DNA of 64,000 nt from a virus. Under the pieces are notes generated by a model. That model made no database searches. It was not told where the DNA came from and worked only from the letters and a program-made list of their open reading frames with translations. Location of the stretch: positions 25,750 to 89,749 of IMG/VR virus record IMGVR_UViG_3300025168_009799, one strand, 5' to 3'. Below, piece after piece: positions 39,701 to 47,992 of the stretch. Position 1 is the first letter of the stretch; each line of letters opens with the position of its first letter. A program made the position numbers and the translations under genes.

Positions 39701-42175
39701 GGATTTAGAGATTCTTTCTTTAATAATTTAGGGTCAAGAGTAGTGAAGTTTCAAGTTGAATTAGCAGCATCTCAAATAGGCTCTACTTTAGAAAATCAAA
39801 ATAATCCTAACAAAGCTTATGGGTATTTATTAGGCCAAATGGTAGCTATCAACAATCTTCTAGCTATGAACAATGCTGGTCGAGATTTACAGACGTTAGC
39901 TAGAATAGTAGTTCCAGACAGTAAAGCAGAATTAAGTACAGCTGAATCAGCTAATGAATTTTTTGATGCTAAATATTTTTTAGAACAAAATGATTTAGAC
40001 ACATTCTCTGTTAATGCTCCAGACTTTGTTGCATTATTAGATGGTTCTAAATATCAAATGGTAAAAGGTATGCACGATGTTCTTACATCAACCGTAAATA
40101 ATATGTCTACTTTATTCAGACAGGGTAGTCCGTTATTATCACCTATGAGAGTTGCATCTGCTAATATGGATTTTGGACGACAATTCTTTGATAAACAAGG
40201 ACAACAAGCATTATCAGCATTCTTGTTATATAATGCTATGACTTCTCCTGGTAGTCCTATTAGAAATCTCGTTACTGAAGAAAATATAGAACGTTTATTA
40301 GTATCTAAAGAAACAAATTTTGCGAAAACATTAGAAGAAACTAAACTAACTAATCAAGAAGTTGCTACTAATTTATTTTTTAGTAGATTATCTACATCAG
40401 AAAGAATTTCTAAATTAGATAAGCAAATATTTTTATTGGATTTTAATCAAAATTTTATAGAAGGTAAAATTTCTAAAGACGCTGTAATTCAGGCTTTAGA
40501 GTCTGCATTAAACAGTGTAAATCCTAGTATTAGAGCTCTTGCTAAAGATGCTATTACTGTACAATTATTATCTAGTGGAATGGATAGTATAGGATTTAAT
40601 AATTTTATTGAATTTGTTCCTCCATCTTTTTGGACAGGATTAAAGTTTACTGAGAATTATGGTACTCAACAACAAGTAGAAACAGATGTAGAATCTTTTA
40701 TTGCGTCTAGATTACAAGAGCTTACAACTAGTGGGCTATCAGCGATACCTTCAGGAGGTATGGATAATTTTGTTAGGATTTATGGGCCTAGAGTTAAGAG
40801 TTTACTTAAACATATACCTTTAAAAACATTACCTAAGAAAAAAGGAATACGAGCTGGTATGCAACCGTCATATGAAATTGGAGTATTAGATGATGCTGCA
40901 GGTAGAGTTGTTTTTAACAAGATTCCAATTACATATTTTAAAACCACAAATAAGAGTGGGGAATTAGAAATGTATAAATTCAATATGGGTAAATCTAATG
41001 AAACTGTGTTGTTTTATGAGAAGCTTAATATGACTGATGATTTTAAATTTTTATACTTACATAATGTTTTAGACTCTAATGGAAGGCAAGTAGAGGAATC
41101 TGTATTACCTGATAGAAGCGCTCCAGGCCCTATGAGCCCGTTTACTCAAGCTAGTCCAGAGCAGTTACAAGCACAGTACGATCAAATGACTGAGAGTACG
41201 TTAAACCAATACGATAGACAAGCTCAGTCTTTTATGAATATGTTAACTAATGAGTCTGATTCAATTGATAGTACACCTATTATTGGAAAATCAGTTTCAA
41301 AACCTCTCAAAAAAGGTCTACCAGGAGTTTTTAATGAAGAACTACAACAAATAGGAACAGAAGACCAATACTCTGAGTATTTAGATACTGTATTTCCTAA
41401 TAGTAAAGTAAAAGAGATTGTTTATAGAGGAGTAGCAAAAACTAGACAACAAAAAGCCGCTGCTAATTTAGGTAAAGGTGTTTATTTTGCAATGGAAAAA
41501 GAGAAAGCTGAAAGATACGGAGACGTTACTGCTTCAATTGTTAATGTTCAAGATCCTTTAATAGTTAATATAACTAAGAATGATAACAGGGGGTTTGATC
41601 CAGGAAATGTAAGTGTTAAGAAAGCAACAACTAATGCTGAAAACCCAAGCGGTAAAGACGCAATGGTAAATTATGAATACTTAGCTAAAAATGATTATCA
41701 AGAGTATAATCAATATACTGGTTATTATGTAGGACCTTTAAATGTAGATGGGTCGCCTGCACAAAATGAATTTAAACAGACTCCTTATGCTACAGAATTA
41801 GCTGTTCAGTCAGACGCTCAAGTACTTGAATTAGGATCTAAAAAAGATATAGAAGGATTTAAGAAGTTTGTATCTAAACCAACATCTACTGTTACTGTTG
41901 GATCTGAACAAGCGCCTCCAAGTAATGCTATTCCTAAAGGAGCTATAAACTTTGGAGAGAGTGTATTTGGTAAAACAGATGAGAATTTAGATTTATTACC
42001 TAAAGAAGATTTAATAGAGATTCTTAAAGGATTAACAAATAATATGGCCGAAGTTAATAAAGAAGCTATCATGGCTGAGGCTGAAGGTATGAGTCAAAAA
42101 GATCTAGCTAAAATGGTCGAAGACATGAAAAAGGATGAAGATATTACTGAAGATGATTGTAATAGTCCACTATAA
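33785..42175 (+). CDS. Virion-packaged RNA polymerase (crAss/phi14:2 gp66-like) with N-terminal zincin and C-terminal ART-like domain
   Basis: GYRIPNQGKNS...QMGSDFDIDAL catalytic motif (DFDID at 38807-38821), AVDNAKDP, and N-terminal HEAFH. Confidence 0.9.
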   Translation: MANCINSIDSLVERRVQMLSYIQNRFGKDVSVTINNYVKRVGNENVHGMFKNMAFTLSTLGEPGVEYHEAFHGFFTMYLTDGQRASLLKQAAQRYGEPSQVELDAVNGVRELALEEKMSNAFQEYSLTEDPKGIPAKIAKFFKDLWNLIKSMISDSIGINQAFSILESNNIPMKFKRNMHMFRGGKPAMYLKKRVDYTTQETKDTTLFIRSRFMNFWRSYQQQAKQDPFKVAINRQMDKVRTAFPAMTRSESLVKVLTSHTKNTFLRNAWSYTEKAEGKDAGTKIDLKQARELHGLRREGKTDEYMNKLSEYGIQERAAFGWSPNPGNRVRMDKTTTNFQHFIDIYENWGDTIQTAEITDDNGKKKEVKINTIDQGWWTGVEELLPDVGLKIRHREVTEGLEELPLDPTETDSPSPEGGERIYELSHYEQDSWKGMSKELRMYFEDILDYSSEIPNHLQVHRPHGGKHVYEVLKLALSNTTSFTQMKDVLKEKATLHGPNSIYGIMFSRVTGIGLEGRVENITMQLPATLVSDFHGLFRNTTKEFKSVKVNRSKRKDAQGMLPAPEVVVYNPDQNSIINNLVNNQYRKNIIDVTGVKTERALYNKAVTVEPGTKDQSIEYIPIRENLQDFQAHVKDLNSLTSMRGELNESELVEATRAFRKIVTYLGVDLPGISPQDQDTVLYDIVNQGVSIPNRFGKYTTYQGKNFFRYFLKGSKTKSKSNLLTVSAQIIDQKGEPKKPTFEPFSKGASRGLLMNLAAFQKALGINGEPNYVNEFGKSIYKINMPTAFDNTVNRIKSGKIFDADPNNIEYGNLDKDPLFVPVQKPVDGTSSWANYVSPLYMSMINNTDGLREKLSLENISAFTLDSNRGYSDFGQMSESDEYLLRLFLFQKGTHSDNLTNMMIDTQGDRGVSSTMGLPRVILEGEGTRSLDNSMYGSNGFKTLTDFSNAYIIQDIVKMQQADSHVELAEDGESLFDTYHYTNPSDKKAKDGKAFKFTQLPFAQDMLERGDLDLSPGINLTQINVEDFVNGEQSIRTNNYIETEQETVSRDKVIALLDKISMEFGKNIDRYTDQWVSDMKKMKVWDNNIWVDTDFLKKIHGGNAAINDITKKYLIKNYIVNDVINRLEMKKILRITDDFTNNTEIAAKRFGLGSTPGLQLLMKGQNLADPSWGMTPTFSELIIEDLYNIQADSGRHERFAESLNTLGVPLKLINQFASQYRPGQSNKTDASGWMSVHAWRNRLQGQPNGWTNAHEKAYNNYKQSGVWGFYKNIYNFKEGKTEQILVRPPVLPIKEYYESHELYQGNTLAVNNTKNSYLPLLKETTDIAGQGLELIRLRLEGKELNAADKAAGKTQFATHTPIDVANTVSAKKLARLNVIKFQNNDGTFNISGLVTAKPVVLNSNGIKIPQIKPSTATKKFTIWGTQVKRNAIANVQDDTQYTLPQGNKLSGSMVKSLYHKAAQANMDTSIEKLEKAFGFSRLKGLKLGDNGYDNAKLQHLKYIRDLIQREVIERGLPQSYIDSLEIVKDTKQGWKFQIPLDFPVYQRRFQNILYSSFRKTALRQKINGLQVVQMADVGGRDTQTLTSTDLKFIDINNGKITKAEILISEDIAARFGLKKGESLEMADPELLDMIGYRIPNQGKNSILALTVKGILPGHEATVVVPGEITTQMGSDFDIDALFLMIKNGQRNSQEAIDRGEPVVNKVSYPLEEMTGKAVANKSLTAYSKPQLDNLIIDLTQAIVTNVNHLQETITPLDPAEFNMGDPNSFINKVINIMGTAEQLDKLNPKSQIELLMRNKNGATGIGVYANTLSVRNVLSALDLPVAKKYQIKLIIDKLGENLDRQGNPEVVQEEVILNNFNVIKDAYGEETVDVHASKHVSLAVDNAKDPRMYYLNDNPLTWTATSYMLSMGMTARDAAVLRLQPMVWEVVQETLRTGGSVFDLKTAAVEKAKSYALKNGIDILSATDEKMIGFRDSFFNNLGSRVVKFQVELAASQIGSTLENQNNPNKAYGYLLGQMVAINNLLAMNNAGRDLQTLARIVVPDSKAELSTAESANEFFDAKYFLEQNDLDTFSVNAPDFVALLDGSKYQMVKGMHDVLTSTVNNMSTLFRQGSPLLSPMRVASANMDFGRQFFDKQGQQALSAFLLYNAMTSPGSPIRNLVTEENIERLLVSKETNFAKTLEETKLTNQEVATNLFFSRLSTSERISKLDKQIFLLDFNQNFIEGKISKDAVIQALESALNSVNPSIRALAKDAITVQLLSSGMDSIGFNNFIEFVPPSFWTGLKFTENYGTQQQVETDVESFIASRLQELTTSGLSAIPSGGMDNFVRIYGPRVKSLLKHIPLKTLPKKKGIRAGMQPSYEIGVLDDAAGRVVFNKIPITYFKTTNKSGELEMYKFNMGKSNETVLFYEKLNMTDDFKFLYLHNVLDSNGRQVEESVLPDRSAPGPMSPFTQASPEQLQAQYDQMTESTLNQYDRQAQSFMNMLTNESDSIDSTPIIGKSVSKPLKKGLPGVFNEELQQIGTEDQYSEYLDTVFPNSKVKEIVYRGVAKTRQQKAAANLGKGVYFAMEKEKAERYGDVTASIVNVQDPLIVNITKNDNRGFDPGNVSVKKATTNAENPSGKDAMVNYEYLAKNDYQEYNQYTGYYVGPLNVDGSPAQNEFKQTPYATELAVQSDAQVLELGSKKDIEGFKKFVSKPTSTVTVGSEQAPPSNAIPKGAINFGESVFGKTDENLDLLPKEDLIEILKGLTNNMAEVNKEAIMAEAEGMSQKDLAKMVEDMKKDEDITEDDCNSPL

Positions 42176-42191
42176 TTAATATATTTGCAAT

Positions 42192-45100
42192 ATGGCATGT
42201 AGAATAAATAGAGACGCAAGTGATAATATACTAGAGGTACTAACTTCTAGAGGAGTTCCTTCGCAATTATATGAAGATATAGTAAAAGATCTTACAGTTA
42301 ATCAGAATAAGAGGTTAGCTGCTTTGAAAGACCCGTTTGTAGCATCAAGATTATCTAAAGGTAATGTAAGGAATACAACAGCTGAAGAAGTAGCATTTGG
42401 TATTTATGCTAAAGTATCAACTTCTGAATTTCAAAATCAAGTACAAAAAAATTCATATAGAGATTTAAATAATGAGATTTCTGTTACAGATCCTTCAATT
42501 CAAAAGTTATATCAAGTTCCTACATCTAATACTGTAGAAGGTAACATGGATATACGAAACCAACAAACAGCAAATATTTTAAGTGCCTCATTTGCTAAAG
42601 CTGGTATTAAAACTCATATAAAGATTAATAATAATTTATCAGATGCTGCACGATTAATGCCACAAGCTGCTGATGGGACTTTTGTTATTCAGATTAATCC
42701 AAATAAACTTCCAGGTGATGCTGTTTTTCATGAATTTGGCCATATCTATATAGACTTATTAGGATTAGAACACCCTGTTATTAAACAAGCTGTAGAAGCT
42801 TTTAAATATTCTAGGTTATGGAAATTTATAGAAAGAGAGTATCCAGGGTTAACATATGAACAATTACAAAAAGAAGTTTTAGCAACAGCTATAGGATTTG
42901 AAGGTGAAAGAATAATCAAAACAGAAGAAAGCTCTACTGTATTAGAACGAGTTATTAGAAATATCTTAGATGCAATTGGAAAATTATTCTCTATTACATT
43001 TGTAGGTAAAAATTATAGAAATTCAGCTAGAATGTTAGCTCAAGAATTATATACAGGTAATGTTAGAACTGATATCAATTCAGTTAGTGCTGTAGATTAT
43101 ATACAACGACGAAAAGATTATAATGAATTAGATGCTTTAGTACAAAATACAGAAATTGCACTTAAAGAAAATATAAACTCATTACGTAGTAAAGGGTTCG
43201 AAGTTAAAGCAGAAATACTAGAAGATAACTTAAAGAAATTAAGAAAAGCTAAAACAAGAGCTAATACAATAAGACAATTAATTAAATATGCTCAGGTTGT
43301 ATCTTCTCAAACACAAAATATGATTAATTCTATTAATCAGTTAGAAGTGCTGCATGAGAATAATGATCCTACTATAAGTAAATACTCTAAAAATATTGCT
43401 AGTATTTATCAATATATACATTCTCATGACCATTTAGAACAAATACAAGACTTTTTAAATAAAGAAAATTTATCTCCAGAAGAAGCAAAATTACTAAGCA
43501 CTCATAATATTCCTCAAGTTGTACAAGATTTACGAGATGCTTCTAGTAAATTTAGAGAGATAGAAAGAAAGTATAATTATATAGCTCCTTATATCTTAGC
43601 AGACCAATTATTAGATTATCATAATCAGGACATTGACTCAGAGCTAGAGAAACATTTAGCTACAATGGCAAAGAATAAAGAGGATGGTAGATTTTTTACT
43701 ATACAATTAGATAAAAAAGATCCAGATTATGTTACTTTAAAACAACAAGAGACGGACGGTATATTAACTCCGGAAGCTTTTAATGAGAAAGTAATGCAAT
43801 TAAATATAGAGCAGTTAAAAAATAAATTTACTGTAGGTAGAACTCAATTAGTGGAGACTTTAAGAAAGAGTATACGTGATAAAAGTGGAATTTCTATGTG
43901 GTTAGATCCTTTTGTACACTCAACTGATGTTAGTTTTCAACTATTTGCTAAAAAAGTTAAACATGCTTTTGATAGAGCGGATGTAGTTAGTACTCATAGT
44001 AGAAACTTTTTAGGAAATGAATTGGGTAGATACTTAAAAGCAACTGGTCAAAGTTCTTTTAGACCTGAAAAATTAAATGCGCCTTTTGTTGAAGTTATAG
44101 ATATGTTACAATATAATCCTAATACTGGTGCATATGAATTAAGAAAACATAAAGCTTTTGTACAAGAGTATGATGTAAGTAAATTCTATGAAAAGAAAAA
44201 GAAATTTATTGATGAATTATATGAACGGTTAGAATATCCTAAGAACGGTACTGAACAAGACATAGCGAACTGGATGGATACACATACTAAGCAAGTTACT
44301 CAAGAACTTAAAAAATGGGATACTGAAAATACTGTACCTATTGAAGGCGCTGATCAAACTATTAAATCTAAATTAGCAGAATTAAATAAAGCTTATAAAC
44401 TTCGTAAAGAAGCTGAAAAAAGTAAAAGGTTAGATTTAGCGGCTGCAGCAGAGCATGAAGAAAAAAGAGTTAGAATGTGGTTAAATAAAAATACTAGATA
44501 TGCTGATGGTAAGTATACTGCTATTGGATTGTTAGCTAGGCCTACTGATAACTATAAAAATCCTAAATATAATAAGATACAAGCTGATTCTGCAAAGAAA
44601 AGATATTATAACGCTCTTCGAAAAGTACATGAGGCTTCTCAAGATAAAATTGGAGAGTTTAAATTAAGAAGAAAAAGAAATTCTTGGAATAACCATAGTT
44701 ATATTTTACCTTCTGTAAGAAAACAAAAAAGAGACATGCTGTTTGAAAACGGTATGCTTAAAGTAATAAAAGAAGCAAGTCAAAGTCTAAATGTACAAAA
44801 AGGGGATGATATTTATAATTCTAGTATTGTTCATACAGAGGATGAAACGAAAAAGATTCCTATTTATTATACAGAAGACATGGTACCTGAAGATGTGAGT
44901 GTTGACTTAGCTAATTCTTTACTAAGTTTTGATCATATGGCTAACTTGTTTCAAAGTAAATCTGAAATTCAAGATACAGTTCTTATGATGGAAGCTCAAA
45001 TTTCAAATAGAGATCAAGTATCTACTGCACCAGACGGACAGCCTTTAATGAAAAGGTTAGCTAAAACTTTAGGATATAATGTACATTCTACTAAGAAAGC

Positions 45101-46568
45101 AGCAAATAATAATAATTTAAAAGCTTTACGTAACTTCATTGATATGAATTTTTATGGAGAACAAAATGTAAAATCACAAGTTGTTGTTCCTCTATTAAAT
45201 AAACAAATAGAAATGAATAAGGTAAGTAGTACTCTTATTGCATATACCGCAATGAACGCTTTATCTTTTAACTTGCTACAAGCTACAAATCAAGTTGTTC
45301 TTGATGATCTTATGAATTATGGAGAAGCTATGGGTGGAAAATATTATAATAGAAAACAATACTTTGCAGCTAAGAAAGAATATACTAAATATGGTATGTC
45401 TATGAAAGATTTAGCAGCTGGACGAGCTGTTACTAAATTAGGAGCTGCAATTGAGATGTTTGATCCTCTACAAGGAGAAATGAGTAGTAAATTAACCGGG
45501 AGATCTTTAGGTAGTAAAAGTAAACGAATGATGACTTCAGATTTTACCACGTTCTTACAACACGGCGCTGAACATGAAGTTGCTGTAACAAGAATGATAG
45601 CTCGTTTAATGAATATAAAACCTAAGAACGATAAGGGTAAATATATTAATAGACAAGGTAAAGAAACTGATATAAAGTCTCAAGGTGCTAGTTTGTGGAA
45701 TATGATCCAACAAGGAGATGTTAGACAAGAAAATGGTAATTTAGTACTTAAGAATGGTATTACTATTACTGATATAGAAATTAATAATATTAAAAATCAA
45801 TTACATGGTTTAACTAAATTATTAAATGGTGTTTATAATCAATTTGATAAAGCTGAGCTTAAAAGGCATTGGTGGGGAAAACCTTTCTTATTATTTAGAA
45901 GTTGGATGATGCCTGGTGTACGTAAAAGATATGGCCGAGAAGCTGGTTTAGGTATGCATATTGATGAAGAGTTAGGTACGTTAGGTGAAGGGTCTTATGT
46001 ATCCTTTGTTAGAGCCTTAAGGAATATGGTAATGGAAGCTAAAACAGGAGACTATTCTGAAGCTATGAAGATATTAGCAGGTAAAAGTGATACTTTAACC
46101 GATATGGAAAAATTAAATGTTTCTAGAACATTAAATGAAGTAATATCTATTGGGGTAACAATGATCTTATTTGCAGGATTAATGTCTATGATAGATGATG
46201 ATGACGATGAAATAGGATATGGTATGAATTTTACATTATATCAAGCTAAAAGATTACAAACAGAATTAAGAGCTTTTGTTCCGCTTCCTATGCTTGGTAT
46301 GACAGAGTTTTTACGTTTATTAGAATCTCCTACAGCTACATATAGCTCACTTGATAAGTTTGATGGCCTTTTAAAAGAGCTATTAACGCTTGGAGGTGAT
46401 ATGTTAGATGGAGAGTTAGAGGAGGGTAGAAGGTATAAGAGAAAAACTAGCGGCTATGAGAAAGGTACTCTTAAACTTAAAAAGAAATTTTGGGATGTAG
46501 TACCTATTATAAGAGGTCTTGAAAAAACTAAGACTCCTGAAGACGCTCTTAAGTGGTTTCTTCTTTAA
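42192..46568 (+). CDS. Giant ejection/cargo protein C with zincin-like HExxH domain
   Basis: HEFGH...KEVLA metallopeptidase motif; LNGVYN.FDK...FRSWM C-terminal region typical of crAss-like large virion proteins. Confidence 0.7.
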   Translation: MACRINRDASDNILEVLTSRGVPSQLYEDIVKDLTVNQNKRLAALKDPFVASRLSKGNVRNTTAEEVAFGIYAKVSTSEFQNQVQKNSYRDLNNEISVTDPSIQKLYQVPTSNTVEGNMDIRNQQTANILSASFAKAGIKTHIKINNNLSDAARLMPQAADGTFVIQINPNKLPGDAVFHEFGHIYIDLLGLEHPVIKQAVEAFKYSRLWKFIEREYPGLTYEQLQKEVLATAIGFEGERIIKTEESSTVLERVIRNILDAIGKLFSITFVGKNYRNSARMLAQELYTGNVRTDINSVSAVDYIQRRKDYNELDALVQNTEIALKENINSLRSKGFEVKAEILEDNLKKLRKAKTRANTIRQLIKYAQVVSSQTQNMINSINQLEVLHENNDPTISKYSKNIASIYQYIHSHDHLEQIQDFLNKENLSPEEAKLLSTHNIPQVVQDLRDASSKFREIERKYNYIAPYILADQLLDYHNQDIDSELEKHLATMAKNKEDGRFFTIQLDKKDPDYVTLKQQETDGILTPEAFNEKVMQLNIEQLKNKFTVGRTQLVETLRKSIRDKSGISMWLDPFVHSTDVSFQLFAKKVKHAFDRADVVSTHSRNFLGNELGRYLKATGQSSFRPEKLNAPFVEVIDMLQYNPNTGAYELRKHKAFVQEYDVSKFYEKKKKFIDELYERLEYPKNGTEQDIANWMDTHTKQVTQELKKWDTENTVPIEGADQTIKSKLAELNKAYKLRKEAEKSKRLDLAAAAEHEEKRVRMWLNKNTRYADGKYTAIGLLARPTDNYKNPKYNKIQADSAKKRYYNALRKVHEASQDKIGEFKLRRKRNSWNNHSYILPSVRKQKRDMLFENGMLKVIKEASQSLNVQKGDDIYNSSIVHTEDETKKIPIYYTEDMVPEDVSVDLANSLLSFDHMANLFQSKSEIQDTVLMMEAQISNRDQVSTAPDGQPLMKRLAKTLGYNVHSTKKAANNNNLKALRNFIDMNFYGEQNVKSQVVVPLLNKQIEMNKVSSTLIAYTAMNALSFNLLQATNQVVLDDLMNYGEAMGGKYYNRKQYFAAKKEYTKYGMSMKDLAAGRAVTKLGAAIEMFDPLQGEMSSKLTGRSLGSKSKRMMTSDFTTFLQHGAEHEVAVTRMIARLMNIKPKNDKGKYINRQGKETDIKSQGASLWNMIQQGDVRQENGNLVLKNGITITDIEINNIKNQLHGLTKLLNGVYNQFDKAELKRHWWGKPFLLFRSWMMPGVRKRYGREAGLGMHIDEELGTLGEGSYVSFVRALRNMVMEAKTGDYSEAMKILAGKSDTLTDMEKLNVSRTLNEVISIGVTMILFAGLMSMIDDDDDEIGYGMNFTLYQAKRLQTELRAFVPLPMLGMTEFLRLLESPTATYSSLDKFDGLLKELLTLGGDMLDGELEEGRRYKRKTSGYEKGTLKLKKKFWDVVPIIRGLEKTKTPEDALKWFLL

Positions 46569-47133
46569 AATGTCTATCATAAAAAGAATCTTTAGTCCAT
46601 TCAAAAGTTATATCTACACCGTTCTCTCTAAGCCTTTTAAATTGACCTAAAAGCCATTCACTAGCTATAAGTAGAAGTTTATATGCATTATTACCTAGAG
46701 AAATATGTTTATGACCAATAAGATCCATACCATATACTTTAATATATGTTGCACCTAATCTAAACGCAAAAACAATTCCTACAAAAGTAGATGTCTTAGA
46801 GGTTGGAAAAATATTAGCATTGTCTATTGTATTTGATTGGATATCTGATTTAATTGCATAAGGCAAAAGCATTTCAGTAGGATTTTGCAATTTAATAGGA
46901 TTAAACTCATCATAATAACTAGTATTAAAAGTTACTAAGTTTTTTCTAGGTTTAGAATTTTTAATAGTAGATAGTCTATCTTTTGTAAAATTTTCAGGGG
47001 GATCCAGTACTAGTAAGTAATCGACTGTAATATTATATTTTTCAATATCATTTACACCTATTACTACATCGTAATTAGAAGATTCTTTATAATCTTTAAG
47101 AGAAGGGCCTAATCCTAAGACTGCAACTCGCAT
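46549..47133 (-). CDS. DUF115/MptE-Maf-like (sialyltransferase-fold) transferase
   Basis: VAVLGLGPSL...IGVN...TSTFVGIVFAFRLGATYIKVYGMD signature. Confidence 0.65.
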   Translation of the reverse strand: MRVAVLGLGPSLKDYKESSNYDVVIGVNDIEKYNITVDYLLVLDPPENFTKDRLSTIKNSKPRKNLVTFNTSYYDEFNPIKLQNPTEMLLPYAIKSDIQSNTIDNANIFPTSKTSTFVGIVFAFRLGATYIKVYGMDLIGHKHISLGNNAYKLLLIASEWLLGQFKRLRENGVDITFEWTKDSFYDRHFKEETT

Positions 47134-47441
47134 AAGTTATATAAACTATATTTTAAAGTTAATTCTTTTCCTTCTTCTATTTTTTTAATAGTTTTTAATC
47201 GTTTATATTCATCGTTTTCGTCTTCAATTAATTCACAATTAGGAGTATCGTTATGATTTATAAAGCCTCCTAAAGGAGTTCTAATCCAATCATGTTGAAA
47301 GTTTGGGTCATAGACATGACTTATACCAATGATAACACCTTGCGGTACATCTTCATTTGCAAAGATGCCCGCTCCGTGTATATCAGATGGTCCTATTGAT
47401 AAATAGTCAGGTAATGGTTTATAAGGTTTTTTATTTATCAT
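47115..47441 (-). CDS. SET-domain protein (putative protein-lysine methyltransferase)
   Basis: SDIHGAGIFA, FINHNDTPNC and IEEGKELTLKY SET motifs. Confidence 0.85.
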   Translation of the reverse strand: MINKKPYKPLPDYLSIGPSDIHGAGIFANEDVPQGVIIGISHVYDPNFQHDWIRTPLGGFINHNDTPNCELIEDENDEYKRLKTIKKIEEGKELTLKYSLYNLCELQS

Positions 47442-47844
47442 TTTCTAATTCTTTTTGTAAATTAGCCAATGCTCTCCAAGCAACCTTAGCAGAATGTCTT
47501 ATACCATCAGTATCTAACGTTCCTGCATCAATCAAATGTCTAGATAAGGAGTCTAATTCATCAGTAGACTTATTACGGTCCCAATGTAGAGGCTTTTCTG
47601 GATGATGTTGATTATTTCCTGCTAGAGACACTTTTGATACTTCTTTTATAGCATCAGGAAAGTATTGTAAAACCCCACTAAAAACAGGAGTCTTTTTTCT
47701 GTCTTCTGCTTCTTTAAAAGGATCTCTATTTCTCTCAGTGTCCCAATAAAGGGCATTATGAGTGCTACTCATAGTATAAGGAGTATCAAATTCTATACCT
47801 TCTGGTACAGACATTTTTACTTCTTTTTTCTTTTTTATAGCCAT
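47431..47844 (-). CDS. dATP/dGTP diphosphohydrolase-domain protein (DUF5664-like)
   Basis: RKKTPVFSGVLQYFPDAIKEV...LHWDRNKSTDELDSLSRHL...HSAKVAWRALA. Confidence 0.75.
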   Translation of the reverse strand: MAIKKKKEVKMSVPEGIEFDTPYTMSSTHNALYWDTERNRDPFKEAEDRKKTPVFSGVLQYFPDAIKEVSKVSLAGNNQHHPEKPLHWDRNKSTDELDSLSRHLIDAGTLDTDGIRHSAKVAWRALANLQKELENDK

Positions 47845-47978
47845 GCGTAAAAGTAAGTAATTACTTTAATAAATAAGGCCAGAAAGAAGGCTGTTGATAA
47901 AAAAGCAAATGCTGCCCAGACAAATATTAGACCTGAGCCTGCTAAATTGTCTTTGATAAGTTGAATCATAGTTTTCAT
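47835..47978 (-). CDS. 47-aa membrane peptide (not in the ORF track)
   Basis: Translated by hand as MKTMIQLIKDNLAGSGLIFVWAAFAFLSTAFFLALFIKVITYFYAWL*; fills the gap and overlaps the next start. Confidence 0.6.
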   Translation of the reverse strand: MKTMIQLIKDNLAGSGLIFVWAAFAFLSTAFFLALFIKVITYFYAWL

Positions 47979-47992
47979 AGTTTAAATTTTAG

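Noticed and set aside
33785-42175. Intein or intron in the vRNAP or helicases
   Set aside because: No internal Cys/Ser...His-Asn splice junctions or LAGLIDADG/HNH motifs were seen, and the reading frames are uninterrupted.
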